From: Tubiluchus corallicola
Taxonomy: Eukaryota; Animalia; Priapulida
Length of the DNA stretch: 64,000 nucleotides
Assembly: GCA_030141605.1 (NCBI GenBank)
Contig: JAQGDQ010000159.1
Span: 372,001-436,000 of the forward strand
Direction of reading: 5' to 3'
Below, one piece after another: positions 1-13,200 of the stretch. Each line of letters opens with the position of its first letter. The first letter of the stretch is position 1. Under the pieces are notes generated by a model. It did not search any database. It saw nothing but the letters and a program-made list of their open reading frames with translations, and had not been told where the DNA came from. The translations under genes and the position numbers were made by a program.

Positions 1-123
1 TAGATGATGGCTCTCCCATTCCCAAACAAGCAGGCAACTCAGTACACTTATGTCTGAGACAATATATCACAAAGACAATATGTCTTTTTTACAGGCAGAT
101 GGTGAAAACAACAAGGTCTATAA

Positions 124-210
124 GATACGATGCGACGCGACGCGACACGACACGATACAATGTGATATGATACGATATAACATGATATGAGATCACAACG
201 ATGATGATGA
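124..210. repeat. Degenerate pentanucleotide microsatellite (ACGAT/ACGAC/ATGAT)
   Basis: gatacgatgcgacgcgacgcgacacgacacgatac... Confidence 0.85.
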
Positions 211-3200
211 CGTGCTACAATGTCACTGAACAGCAGCTGCATCAACCAACCAAAGGAGTGACTGCAGTTGGAAGAACTTCAATGTTTTTTGAACACTAAA
301 TTTTTGCGCTGTGATATATCTTGTGCCACACAACATGTTATCGCAAAAAGGCAATTAACCGTTAGGGTAGCTATGTGTAACGAGTGAAGTTAAGCCCGCT
401 ATATCTGGCGATAAATCTGATAATGGTTGCTTGAAGTTCCATAGTATCATAATTAACATTGCTCTTACATAGATATCTTTTACAAGCGATGAAAACATCA
501 TACTTAGTTAACAAAACTTATTGTTTATTATAATTAAATTTATAATTTAAATTATTATTTATTCAGAGAAACATAAGGCCAAAGCAACTTATTTTTACTG
601 CAATATAAGCCATGCAGGTGTAATATAACACTGAACTTTGCACTAAGGCGTCGCAAACAGCGTTTGTGTTAGCTATATCAAATCATGGGTCAAAGATAAG
701 AAGACAAATACATCAAATTCGCATTGTCAGTGAAGAACTTTGTTATAGAGCTGCAACTTAGTTGCATGATAGTTATTAAATGATAATCAACACATAAACA
801 GTTGTCAACATTTTTTTTTCTATAAAAATGATTTTCTTTAGTTTTGCTCCAGGCGAATGCAAGTTCCATGTGGTCTTAAAGCTGAGTGAGTAGCGCACTA
901 CTGAGCTGAGTTAGACCCGCGTTTTTAATGACAGTTCAAGATAACGAGTTTGAGTCTATATTAGAAAAAACATAGATCACAAGGCGGATTAGCTGTAGCT
1001 TTTTGGTAAGAGTGCCGTACGTCCGGTTTGTGAAATTGCGATGGAATGTGGAAATAACAGGGTATATTTAGGCCCACAAAGACATGTAATTTTTGCAGGT
1101 GTACCAAAATCAGGCGTACAGATGAGCAATTTTAAATTTGAGCAACTAGCGCTATGGAGCTTGAAGAGGTTGCATTTATTTGTGCGCTATTAATTCACTA
1201 AAAGACAACTAGACACCAGGAAATATTGGGCTGACTCAATAACTGATCAGCGATTACTGAAAACGTAATTTTCTAAGCTCCATAACAACATGTGCTCGTC
1301 TGACGTTTTGCTGCTTATTGTTTGGCTGCACGTTATCTATCTCGATTTCAAGTGGAAATAATACTCAGAGAAATAACTCTTATCATTGGGCTTCTCCTAT
1401 ACAGTATGCTCTATATAAGCTTAAGTGGGGTTGTTGTCGCTCCTAAGGAGTAGGTCCGATCACCCTCATTAAAAAAATTAAAAATTTACATGTTTAGCGA
1501 TACCAGTTCGTATGAAAAGGTTAAATTATTTAGTCTTGCGAATTTTATACCATTTAAAATTTGTATATTTCCTGGACACGACGTGACCCTTCTGTCTAAG
1601 GTAAATACGGCTGGCACACTGGGCACTGGAGTACAGGAGCTTGAATGACCGAGTTTGAGTATAATTGTAAGCGGTGTCTATCATTGTGAAATAGGAAAAA
1701 TAATAGTAATAATAGGCGTTAGTAGAAAAAAATCAGCAATAGGCAGCGGAAAAGTGTTGATGATTTTGGGACACAGTTGCATGCGCTGTTCGTTTTCAAA
1801 ATCCCATATTTTGGTCTCCAGTTTCTGTGTTTTTCATTGAATGTCTTAAAAGATGGTAGATAATAATAGCAGGCACAATAATGATGATTTATCTTCGCGG
1901 ATTTGTATTTTTCTCTCTTTTGTATGTTTAATGGTGCCTCTTCATATTGCACCACTAAACTATTGTGTTAGAAGCATAATTAAAATTTTATGTTTGCGCG
2001 TTTTGTTTGAAAACAGTTGCGCAGCTCAAAGTTTGAACCAGGAATACAACTTTCACTTGCATATATGACTGGTCGCTCTCTCGGACTTCAGTTATTTACA
2101 ATTTTGCAATTTTATTTTGTTGCTGTTTTCGCTAACTAAATGTGAGAAAGTCAATATCCCTCGTATACAAACAAAATAGCTGGAAAACTAAAAGTTTTCA
2201 GTGACTAAATAAATCCTATTGTTGTGGAAAACCCATCAGTTTAATGTGAGTTGAGGTGAATCTTGGGAAATTAATCCTGTGTTAAAAACGCATAAACCAC
2301 GTCTATTTATCCACGTGGATTTTGGAAAATTAGACACGCAAACTATGTCTGTCAATGCCAGTGGATTTTGTGGAGAATGATTCTTCTACGAAGGGCCCAA
2401 ACAGTGCATCTATCTTTGAGTGCCGCATAAGTTGTGCAGAGCGAATATTGCTGAAAATTGAGCAAAAAAAGATATCCAATTTTGTTTAAAAGTTTAGAAG
2501 CAACCCAAATCAATTTACCCCCGAAAATATCTGTTGAATTCCGTCATGTGAAAATGCGCACTTACCGTGTCATCATAACGTGAATCTCCGGGCTCTCCTA
2601 TAACACCTTTATTGTCGTAAGCACTAAAACTGGGGTACATTTGTTTAGGTTCTACTGCCGTCATTTTAATCTTGCGACTTTCAATCTCTACAGTTTCCTT
2701 AAAGGTATAGTGCCTTGCAAGTGCCTTTTATAATAAAATATTGTTCACGTGTTGTATACAGCTTATCATTATTTGAACACCGAACAATATTTATGGGCGC
2801 TACTATGACAGCGTTATTATTTATCTGTTATACATTATACCTTAGAGGCCTAAACTTACAAACTGTCGATAATTTAGTAGTCCTCCAAAATATTTTATAT
2901 CTTTTTCTACTCACGATAATAAATAATTCTGGAGTTACCATACGTTTAATCTGGCCTAGGTGAAAAGGTGCACCTAATATAATTATAAGAAAAATAGTCA
3001 ATGGGCAGTATATTTTATTAATATTTATACAGCTAAAAATACTGAAATTATTACTGAAGTGAGCGAAGTCTTGAAAGTTAAAGGTACAAAAGAAATTTGT
3101 AATCACTTTTACCTCCAGCAAAGCGAATCCTCAGCGTACATGTTTGAAAATTATAACATAATGTGATCAACACGAAAACCACTCGTCATAGAAGTAATGT

Positions 3201-3381
3201 AAGAGTAAACCGTCAACGTACGTAAAGACACTCAGTTGTGCACTATTATTTAAACCGCATCGATTTTAAGCCGACAACTGTTAAACAAAATTAAATAATT
3301 CAGACTGAATTAAATGTGCTTTTATTTCTTTGAGTTCGAAAACGTAAATATTTAAATAACTAACTAGCTAAGTAAACAAAT

Positions 3382-3440
3382 AGATGATGATGATGATGAT
3401 GGCGACGATGACGGCAACAATAATAATAATAATAATAAGT
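3382..3440. repeat. (GAT)n/(AAT)n microsatellite
   Basis: gatgatgatgat...aataataataat. Confidence 0.85.
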
Positions 3441-6400
3441 ATAACAATACTACACGGTACTTGAGTCGAGCGTGTGTGATTATAGACACGTGCCAGGATG
3501 AATTGTGCAACTTTTGGTGCCCCTATCCCAGCAGGTAACATTGTTATTGGGATTATTCTCACCCATTGACCATTATAATCAGGGCACTGTTTAGAGAAGA
3601 TAGTGCCAATTAAACGCGTGTATAGTTTAGCCAAATAACCGCTAATTATCTGGGGCTTCACAAAACACGCTCATTGTATAAGTTTCCATAATTGGCTATT
3701 ATTTTTATTGTGGTGAGCTATTATTGTGTCTGCTATTCAATAAGGGAGGGTGGATCTGTCAAGTTTATTCCCATTCGCTTCAATTCATGTTCATGAGATC
3801 TTTCGACTTTATAGGATTTTCATGTAATTTCACATGCACAGCAATACTTTCTTTTATGCAGTTGTTGAATTTCTTCAGCCTTCTAGTAAATGTCTGACAA
3901 ATATTGTTATGAAAGTGTAGGCCCTTTTACCTGTTGCCTCATCACATCTTATTAAGTCTTTCTCTCTACCGAACAAACGATCCCGTCTGCACTAATATCT
4001 GAGCCTCGGGAAATCATTCAATTAAGCTAATTATCTTAGGCACGAGTTGTAGACCTAAGGGCATTTTTGTCAGGAAGAAAGGAGTTTGAATCGTATATAT
4101 AGAGACATCTCGAGATAAGAAAATCTTAGAGGCAATCCGGCGGCCTTAACTTGAGGAGAGAAGATGCGGCTCTTTCACATTTTAAACACGGGAAAGGTAA
4201 TGCTTCCGAGTATACAGTATTAACCGAGCACTTTCAAATATTAGCTTTTGTAAGGAAACTCTTTTCCGTGAAACTTATGTAACGTCAGGACTGCGCAATC
4301 GGCATTTTTTCAAGGTAAGGCTTATTGTTCAGCAGGTATGTGAAATAGTGAACTAGTTAATTTCTCATTTTGTGATTTAAAATTAATTTTAATTTAATTT
4401 ACTTCAATTTATTCGGTTTAAGTCAGTTTAATTCAGCTCAGTTCAAACCAGTGTATTGTATTTTATAATTGAGAAAAAAATCACAAAACAATATGAAAGA
4501 AAGTGAATTATTTGCCTTCGAAATTTGGCTTAAAGCTTAAGCCTTAAACGTCCTATACAGATGGTAGACAAAATTAAATTAAAAAACTTACGTAAATACG
4601 AATTTTTTGCACAGTGCACTTGATCGGCAGAGTATGTTCTCAGTAGCAGTGCATCACAGACCATCAAATAGATTTTGAAAATACATGTACCTTATCTTGA
4701 TTCCTAAATGAAGTACATACAAGCTTGTTCAACACAATATTAAAGCATTAGCAGCAGGAAGTGTTGCATTTGCAATCTAACAGCATTTTACCTAGCAATC
4801 TCATGATGATTGAACCCGATTAGGTAAAATGTCATGTCAACATTTTCCAATTTTTTCACCTAGGTATATTTACATTGTATAGGATAAAATATAAGCTTGT
4901 TTGCTATATGAAGTAAGTATAAGTATTCGTAGCATGTGCTATAATTTTAATGTAATATAGCTGAAAAGCTACCAACGTGACCTACTTTTTACAAAAGTGA
5001 GGTTTTAAACAATGGAATATGCTTCTCCATGCACGAAAATCGTTTTATTTACAAATGTAGAAATGGTGGTGTAGAATAACGCGACAGAGATAACTGTTCA
5101 ACTAAAAATCAATTTTACTTTTAAAGAAGGTCATTGGCGGTGAAGGATCAGACAAAGGTGCAACGGGAGTTGCAGACCCGAACACCTGTGGGATATAACT
5201 CATAAATGTCATAACCCAAAGTCATCATTTCGTCTGATGGTCTCGAGGACCAACAGGTAAGAATGCACCTTACCAATGACACCGTTTCTTAACTCCTCGT
5301 TCTATATATACCAGCGACTTCAGTAACTATTTGTTGTGCGTTAACCAACGTGGTTTCATACGATTCAACTGTTTGTGCTGTGTTAACAAAATCCAGTAAA
5401 TACAGCTGAACTGTTTACGGCGCGTTAGCAATAATTATAGCCCAATACGTGCAACTATACTTTATTGCATGCGTAGGTGCGAAAATAAAACTAATTTCAT
5501 TAAATAAAAATCGATCTTTGTTGAATAGAAAAACGAAGAAATAAACTGAATAAAAAATTTAATCCGTGGAAAATTAACTAGATTTTTTTGTGTGTGAAAC
5601 ATCGGTTTTCAGACAAGCGATTTAATAAAGCAATATATTTATTAAATATGTTGGCTGATAATGATATCAAGGCTTAAATTTGCTTTATGATTGTGTTGGC
5701 TAATGCTGAGCTTCATTTTATTTTCAGAACAAACTAAATCTGTAGAAGAAACGGTAAAAGCCAGATGTATTAGAAGTAACGCAAGTGTCTCAACTCACAC
5801 TGTTCTTGGGCGAAGCTAATGAGTTCAATATCAGTTCCCCCTCGAACAGTGGAATTTGTGGCACTGACATCCACGGCGTCATTTCAAATCAGAATCATCA
5901 TTACCATATTGTGTTTTAATATCGCCGCTGTTAATGTCATAATAATTTTCTAAAGTCTTCCTTTATTATTAATACTTTTTGCAAGTACTTGTACAATAAG
6001 CACTTTTCATGTTTTTAATTCATTGCATTAAGGCTAATAATTAATGAAAATATAAAGTAATAAAAAATGTGTACACCACTGTTCAGGCATATCATGCACG
6101 GGCTCATTAACCTAGTTAACCATATAGGTCGGAAATACCAATACTGTAGCAAGCCAAATCGGAAATTTTACACTAAAAATTCATTTTTACAAATTTTTCT
6201 TACGATATTAGCAATTTAGTATTAATGATATTACTCAACCATTAAAACAGACAGCGTATTGAAGTTGGTGTCATTGGATGTGGTATTCAATAGCGAATTG
6301 GTATAAAATAATTTTTTAGGCAAAATGTGACTAAGATGTCAAGAGAGTTTTATAACAAGGCGCCTGTGTGCAAATGGAACCAGGCGAGAAGAACCATGTA

Positions 6401-9400
6401 GTCCCTGTAACGGTGTAAATTTTTATAATTCATTTTTGTATTTTAACAACATTGCCTTTAAAGTGTCATTTATGCAGGCATTTGGTACACGAAAAGTATA
6501 CTGCCTATGTAGGTATAGGCAACTTCATTTGTGAGTGTATGTAGGATTTTCATTATGTGGCCTGTTCAATTCAGTGCAAAAATATTTTGTGATTATTGAA
6601 TTTGAATTTATTACCAACATGTTGATGTTCCTAACTTACTCACTATTTCTAAATTTCGGTTTAGTTTGCCATTTCAAATAGAAAGACTGCTAGACGTATT
6701 GTTTCAAAATCCCTTGTTTAGTGTGGTGTTTAATAAAAATGAAAACTTGTATACATTTGATAGAGTGACTTGCATTATAGTTTTGCACTTGCTAGGGCAG
6801 TCCTCAAAAGTGACAAAGCCAAAGGAGCAGTAAAAAGTGGGAAATTACATTTGTAAATAATGATATAAATGGTTATACTTGCCCTGCGCCAGTAATTCCT
6901 TTTGCCCAGGGTACTGGCCAAGTGGAAAATTTTGTACAGTTATGATCTTCAGCAGATTATACATATTAGCTAACGGTTTCTTCTTCCCAAGTTTACAACA
7001 AAGTGAACTGAAATGACCAACAATACAGCAAGCATGTGCGTTTATTGGTTAGCTTTGTTCATTCAAAAAATTTGAATTTTATTCGCTAACTGGTTCTGGC
7101 TGTCCGGGCTTCCCCTATTTATAGCAAATTTAGTTGTTTGGTTTACAAAAACCTTGCTTTAATTCTGCTGTAACTACTTAAACAACTTAACTCGCCATTA
7201 TTAATAAAGTAATAAATTAGGCCTATTTAATTTTACAAAATAGAAGGACACGGTGCTACACTTTAACACATGTATGATTTATGAACATTGAGATATCTGC
7301 AATAAAGTTTGGTACGTTTCTCTTTAACATGGGTAGGGAAAATCCACTGCTTTTCATGTTTCGTGTTCTTCTGGTGTGAGTACTTCACTTTGCCTCTGAT
7401 ATTGTGAAAAGTTTTAGTTTTGTATTTAAGAGTTTTTCTCATAAAAAGTCAATAAAATTTATTATATAGTGGGTTGTTTATGAAAAAGTGTTAGTCTTGT
7501 TTTTAAAACGCTAATACTCATTATGATAATCGGTAACGTTATCTCGCTCCATCTGTAGCATTTTCTGTGCGGGTAGTTGCGGGTTCGACTCTACTGGTAG
7601 GTTTTAAAATCTAACAAATAATTAGCTACCACCGTTTGTTATTGTTATTAGCTTTCATTATTCTATAATGCAAGTCTACCGCGACTACCAAACACTAATA
7701 TTTCTACATAAATACATAAATAAAAGAAATATACCTTTCAGGAATAATGAATTGCAACCTCTTCGAAATCCAACACCAGACTCTCGTACTGGTAATCTAT
7801 TGCAAATTAGAACTAACAACAAATACGAAAATAATTCTTTATCAAAGCAAATGACCTCAATAACTTTGTCTAACTTTAAAACAAAATTTATATATATATA
7901 TGCTAAAATGTGGCAAAGTTATGTAAAAAGGCACCGCACTACAAGCTAAAGATAAAAATTGTGCACTGTACAATAAATAACAGTGTTTAGGAAATACAAA
8001 ATACGGATACAAAATTCACGACATGCAGACGATGCTAAAATCGTGATTTTTTATTTAAAAAATGTATTAAAAACAAGGTAACACAAAAAGAAAGACATTT
8101 AAGACTAAGAAAAAGATGCAAGAAAAATAAAAACCGTTGCTTTTTAGAGTTAGGTCTGGCAATTCTACAGTTCATTAAATTTTCGTGGCTCACTTAATGC
8201 TGACTTACTTGATCACCTTTCTTGATCAAATAATAGTATTATCGAAGCCTTGCAGATTTTCTTTCTGGTCATCATTTACATATGTTTGTCTGACGTCTTT
8301 TGTTTAAATTGCTGAAGTTCATAAGCTGCGCCTATTTAGTTCACTCCAGATATCGAATTGCGTACTAGCACCGCAAACTATCGTGTAACATAATAAAATA
8401 CCTACAAAACTCAAACATAATAATTACATTAATATAATAGCAGCAATTAATATCCAACACTAGTATTTAATCCTTATTCGTAATATATCTTTTGGTAATA
8501 TATTCGCACTGTAAGAGACACCACTCTTCACTGTGTATAACGTAATACATATATATATTATTGCACAGATTGTAGTTGCAAGTTTATACAAAAATTAGTG
8601 GCTGTTCAAATATATCAGATGGTTTCCCTGTTATGTTGTCCAGAAAATGATCGTATCGTAAACGCAGCTCGAGTTCAATAATGTAGTTGTCGACATTGAG
8701 AAAACTCTAGGCAAATACACTCGTCAGAGAGGTTAAGGATTTTAAGTTGATCTGAGAAGTCGCCATACTGCCTCAATTCTAGTTTTTTAATACTCATGGA
8801 ATAAGACATTTTCATGATTTTTGTCGTTTATTTAATCAATATTCAAGTTTCTTTTACAGTCTTATTGTTGCCAACTTGTTATGAATTATTGCATTTTCTG
8901 GCCACCCATTTTGAAAAAATTGAATACAGATGTCGCCACCATTCAACTTCATTCAAAGACTCTTTCGTTAGGGTAGTATTTTGAAGAGGCTTTGAGATAG
9001 ACGGTCTTAGAAGCTTGATTCAGAACAACAAAACTACAACAGATGTAGAAGAAAGAAGCTCAGATGATAAAATCTCGTCTTGCTAACTGCCAAGTAATAA
9101 CAAAAATGAAAGAAAACTATTGATAAGATGCAGACTATATGATTAACTTATAAGTAGGCAAAATTCAAGATTAAATCCTGACAATTAAATGCCTCCTACT
9201 ATTACTTGTAAATAGGTATAACGAACGTTTTGTCTACTGCCTACGCGAAATAAATACTCAGATCCTAACAAAAATCAGACACATATAATTTACGCGATAA
9301 GTATAACACAAAAATCCGAAATAAATGCTCCAGAATGCTGGACCACGCCTCAACGTTAATTTTGTCAAGTATAAAATTTTATCTTACTGGGCGATAAATT

Positions 9401-10276
9401 TTTAATAGTTTTAGCCCGTTTCAAGCTTTCGTGGGAACCCAATAACTCAAAGCACTTAAAGTTTTTAAAGTTTAAAATTTTTTTCTTATTATTATACACC
9501 ATAACACGCAAAAATAAATTAGTAACAAAATTAGACAGAAAATAGACGAACTATTTGACAGAACATTGACAGATATGGATCAGGAAAGTTTTGTAAAAAG
9601 AAGGCATTTTTAAACACTGGACTGAGTTAAGAGATTCTTAAAGTATAACTAGAACGTCTGTCATTCGCAAGCTTGCAGGTGGTTTGAAAAGACCTGGCTG
9701 CGATAGCCGCTCACTTTTAATCGATGTTTTTTTGCATAGAATTCAATGACCTCTTTCCTATTATATGTAAATTCATATTGTAATAATCATGTATGCGCAA
9801 GCGTTTGCTCGAATCATGCATCAATAATCACAAATGTACAATGATCATAACGGTGTATCAATTAAATAAAACGTTCTCTGGCAATTGTATAAACAGCAAG
9901 GCACCTGCGAGACTATAATTTGAAGACCGATCTAAGCCACATGGCTTCAGTAAATAAATGACACAAGGAAATACGCCGTTACAATTAAGAGTGGAAAACG
10001 AAGAACAAGTTCGCATAAAAGAAATTTCGCGAATTCTTTCACGGCGTTTGTGGTACAGCGTTGTGTCATGGTCAAACTGGTTTTCTACAATGAATGCGTT
10101 ACTATGCTAGTAGTAGGTAATTTACCTTTTAAAATATGTCAAGCTTGCAGCCGGCCGACGCAGTCTGCTGTTGGTAACCGGTGTGTGCATTGTGTGCAGT
10201 AGTGTCACTTAAACTAGTGAATTTTGACAAATTGTGATCACTTAATTAACCCAAGCGGCTTTATCACTGGAGCAAG

Positions 10277-13200
10277 ATGACATGGTACTTAAATTTTGTA
10301 TTCCTTATCACAGGTACACAATGCCTTTTTTACTTTTTTATATATGCGGTTTATATTAGTGTTGTCTGCCACACTTTACAAAATCTTAACGATAAGAGCA
10401 GAAAATGAATTAAATGATGTTGATGAAATATAGTCTACATTAAAGCAGTTGTGATTACTAGAACTGTAGTTCTGTTTGCGCAGCCAGCTAGGCATATTTA
10501 ATAAATTTATTTAACTCCACGCCCAATCTATGACTTTTTGCAACGGAGTATCAGTCCTAAACTACAGGAAATGTAGAGTTGTCACTTGCTCCCATGTTCG
10601 CAACGTATTACCATGTCGAAAAGAAGCCGATAGAGTAAGCTGAAACGTTCTATAAGCGTTAGCAGTTAGCGACCATATCGGTTTGAACTTTAAAACGATT
10701 TCAGTAACAAAATGGAGAAAGTACGGATCACAAGATCCGCTTGGCTTGTTTTTGATGAAATTAATTCTCGGATCGAAGTCCATTATCTAGAGACTTCTGG
10801 ACTCAACGTTTAACGTGACAATTGTTTGGCACCTTACTAAATACTTACAAATCACAAATTACCAGCTGATGATTATCTTAAATGAAATTTACGAAACTAA
10901 AAAGTGTTACTTTTCTCCCATTTTTATTCTATTTTATTTTTACACATTTTGAAACATATTACACTTTACATTTTCCATCATTACTTTGTGATTCATAGTC
11001 TGCTGTGCATTAGAGTAAAACTGCTATTAATTATCCTGACTGCATGATATACTGTTTCTATTAACTAAATGATAAAAACGCATAGCTGCAAAACCTCTTA
11101 ACTGAAGCACAAACGCACCAGTAACGTAAACATCTATAATTTACATCTGTAATAACTTGACTAACACTAAACTGGAAAATGCTCGAAAGATCAACTAAAA
11201 TTCAGCGTATTTTACAAAAACAACACGTGGAAATGCTAGCTACAGTATATGAAAGTATAATTAGCATTAGTCCAATGATTACTGCTACTACAATTTACTA
11301 GCAGTTAATTCCATTCGACTGTGAGTTGCCACAACAGGTTTAATTTTTTAAGTATATGTTTTACGCTGTGTATTTTTGGCAGCAGCAAAACTAAAGGACT
11401 AGGGCAGAAGGACTCGGACTCGAGAAGAGAGAACTCGGTCTTGGACGTGAGGACTCGACTACATCACAATTTAAAATTTTGGGTAGTTAAGATATATTTT
11501 AGCTGCGTTTGGATATACTATTCAATTCAAGACATAAACAACTGAACAGCCAGCTGTAGTTCATATAAATATATAATTACTAGCAAGCCATGAGTTTACA
11601 AATATTAAGCCAACGTTTCGGCAATAGCATTTGCCATTTACCTAAAAGTATTGGAGAAATAAATTTATAGACGTAAAATTTAAACAAATCAATTTTCTAA
11701 TTGCAGAATTTACTTACATTTTATTTCTACTTTACTTTATAAAGTTTTTTTAATTTCTGCATTGCGTTTATCTTCTTAATTAGGCCAATTACGTAGCGAC
11801 AATCAGTTTGCTTTTTTAACATGGAGAAAATTTAGCGTAATATTTGCCGGGTTGGTCATAGCAAAAATTGTTATTTCAGCCTTTTCAGGGAGAATCCCTC
11901 ACCCAATTTAATGCGATTTATATCCAATAAATACGTGAACCGTATGTGGACTACACCCTGTTCCTGATCCTCACGATATTCCCACGACACTCTTCACGTC
12001 TCTTCTTGAATGAATAATACTGCTGCCGGTTAAAAATGCATGCAAAATAACTCTTATGGGGATTCATTACAGCTCGTCATTGCGATACAGGAAATGGCTT
12101 TAATATTGTTTATTCGATCAATAAATACCTGGCTGTGTGAACTGGCCTGGTAATTAATATACGGACATTCAGACATCAACTTGCAAACCATTACTCGTAC
12201 AATTGGCGAGGTGATAATGAAGCCGGTGTAACAGCTTTAAACTGCCCCCAGGATCTTGGTTTAATACGCCTCTGGGTAGTTTAAGCTAGGTTTAAATTAC
12301 TTCCATCACAGTTTCAAGTTACTTCATCATTTTGATTTATGATCATGTGCTGTGTGTAAAAAGCTTGCACCACAACTACATGTGCTGTGCTAAAAGTACA
12401 CGGACGTAAAAAGTAATAGATTGCTAACCCATCTTAGTAATATTAGAAAGAGGCGTCACGAGTATTCTTTTATGAGTTCTGTGTTCTTAAATTGATCAGA
12501 TCGACAGATTCTCAAGCAACCTGCTCCCAAATATTTTTAAAGGCATTTTATTTTTAGTAGAGGTAGAGCTATTCATGAGCATAAAATTAAGCAGAGAAAT
12601 GATCGATTACCTGGCTCCTAAATAGAAAACTAGTGTATTGTACATTTTAAACAGGTAAAATGGTAGCAGCGAATATCATGAATAATTCTCCGTTAAATAA
12701 GTAATAACGTTAAATATAATAAACAGCAAGTAATTCTGTAAACCCCCCAAAATGTACAGCTAAAAGAAACAACATTACTTAACATTGAAACCTGATTTTA
12801 TAAATAAATATTTGTATGTGATATGTTTTAGTTACTAATTAGGTCTGTCGAAATTTTTAGGAAAGACAAACGTCGCACCTCGTAGCTTAAAACTGAGCTT
12901 AAATTATCGGGGGTATCATGACTAATAGGTATTTAAACTGGTACACCGGTGTTTACGTGCTTAATGTGAAAATATAAGTGATTAACAAAGGCAATGCGGT
13001 TTGTCACACTTACAAGACGGAATCCAGCAGAACCTTGATGTTTGTGGTGAGACAGGAATCTTGCTCATTATCAAGGTAAACCTTCCAAGATGAGCCGTTG
13101 AACCGTCAAATATATTTTGCTTTTGTTTGATGTATAAACATTTTTCTCGACGAGGTTAACAGGGAATGAAACCGATTAGAGCGAGTATCGAACCCAGGCG

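Noticed and set aside
7520-7600. tRNA gene (GGTTCGACTC B-box)
   Set aside because: No cloverleaf; at most a SINE-head remnant. Same for B-box-like hits near 13190 and 27665.
8640-9050. Penelope-like RT remnant on the minus strand
   Set aside because: Only weak motif hints (NGWP); too decayed to support.
10562-10800. L2/CR1 remnant or 73-aa gene
   Set aside because: Faint resemblance only; intronic and unsupported.
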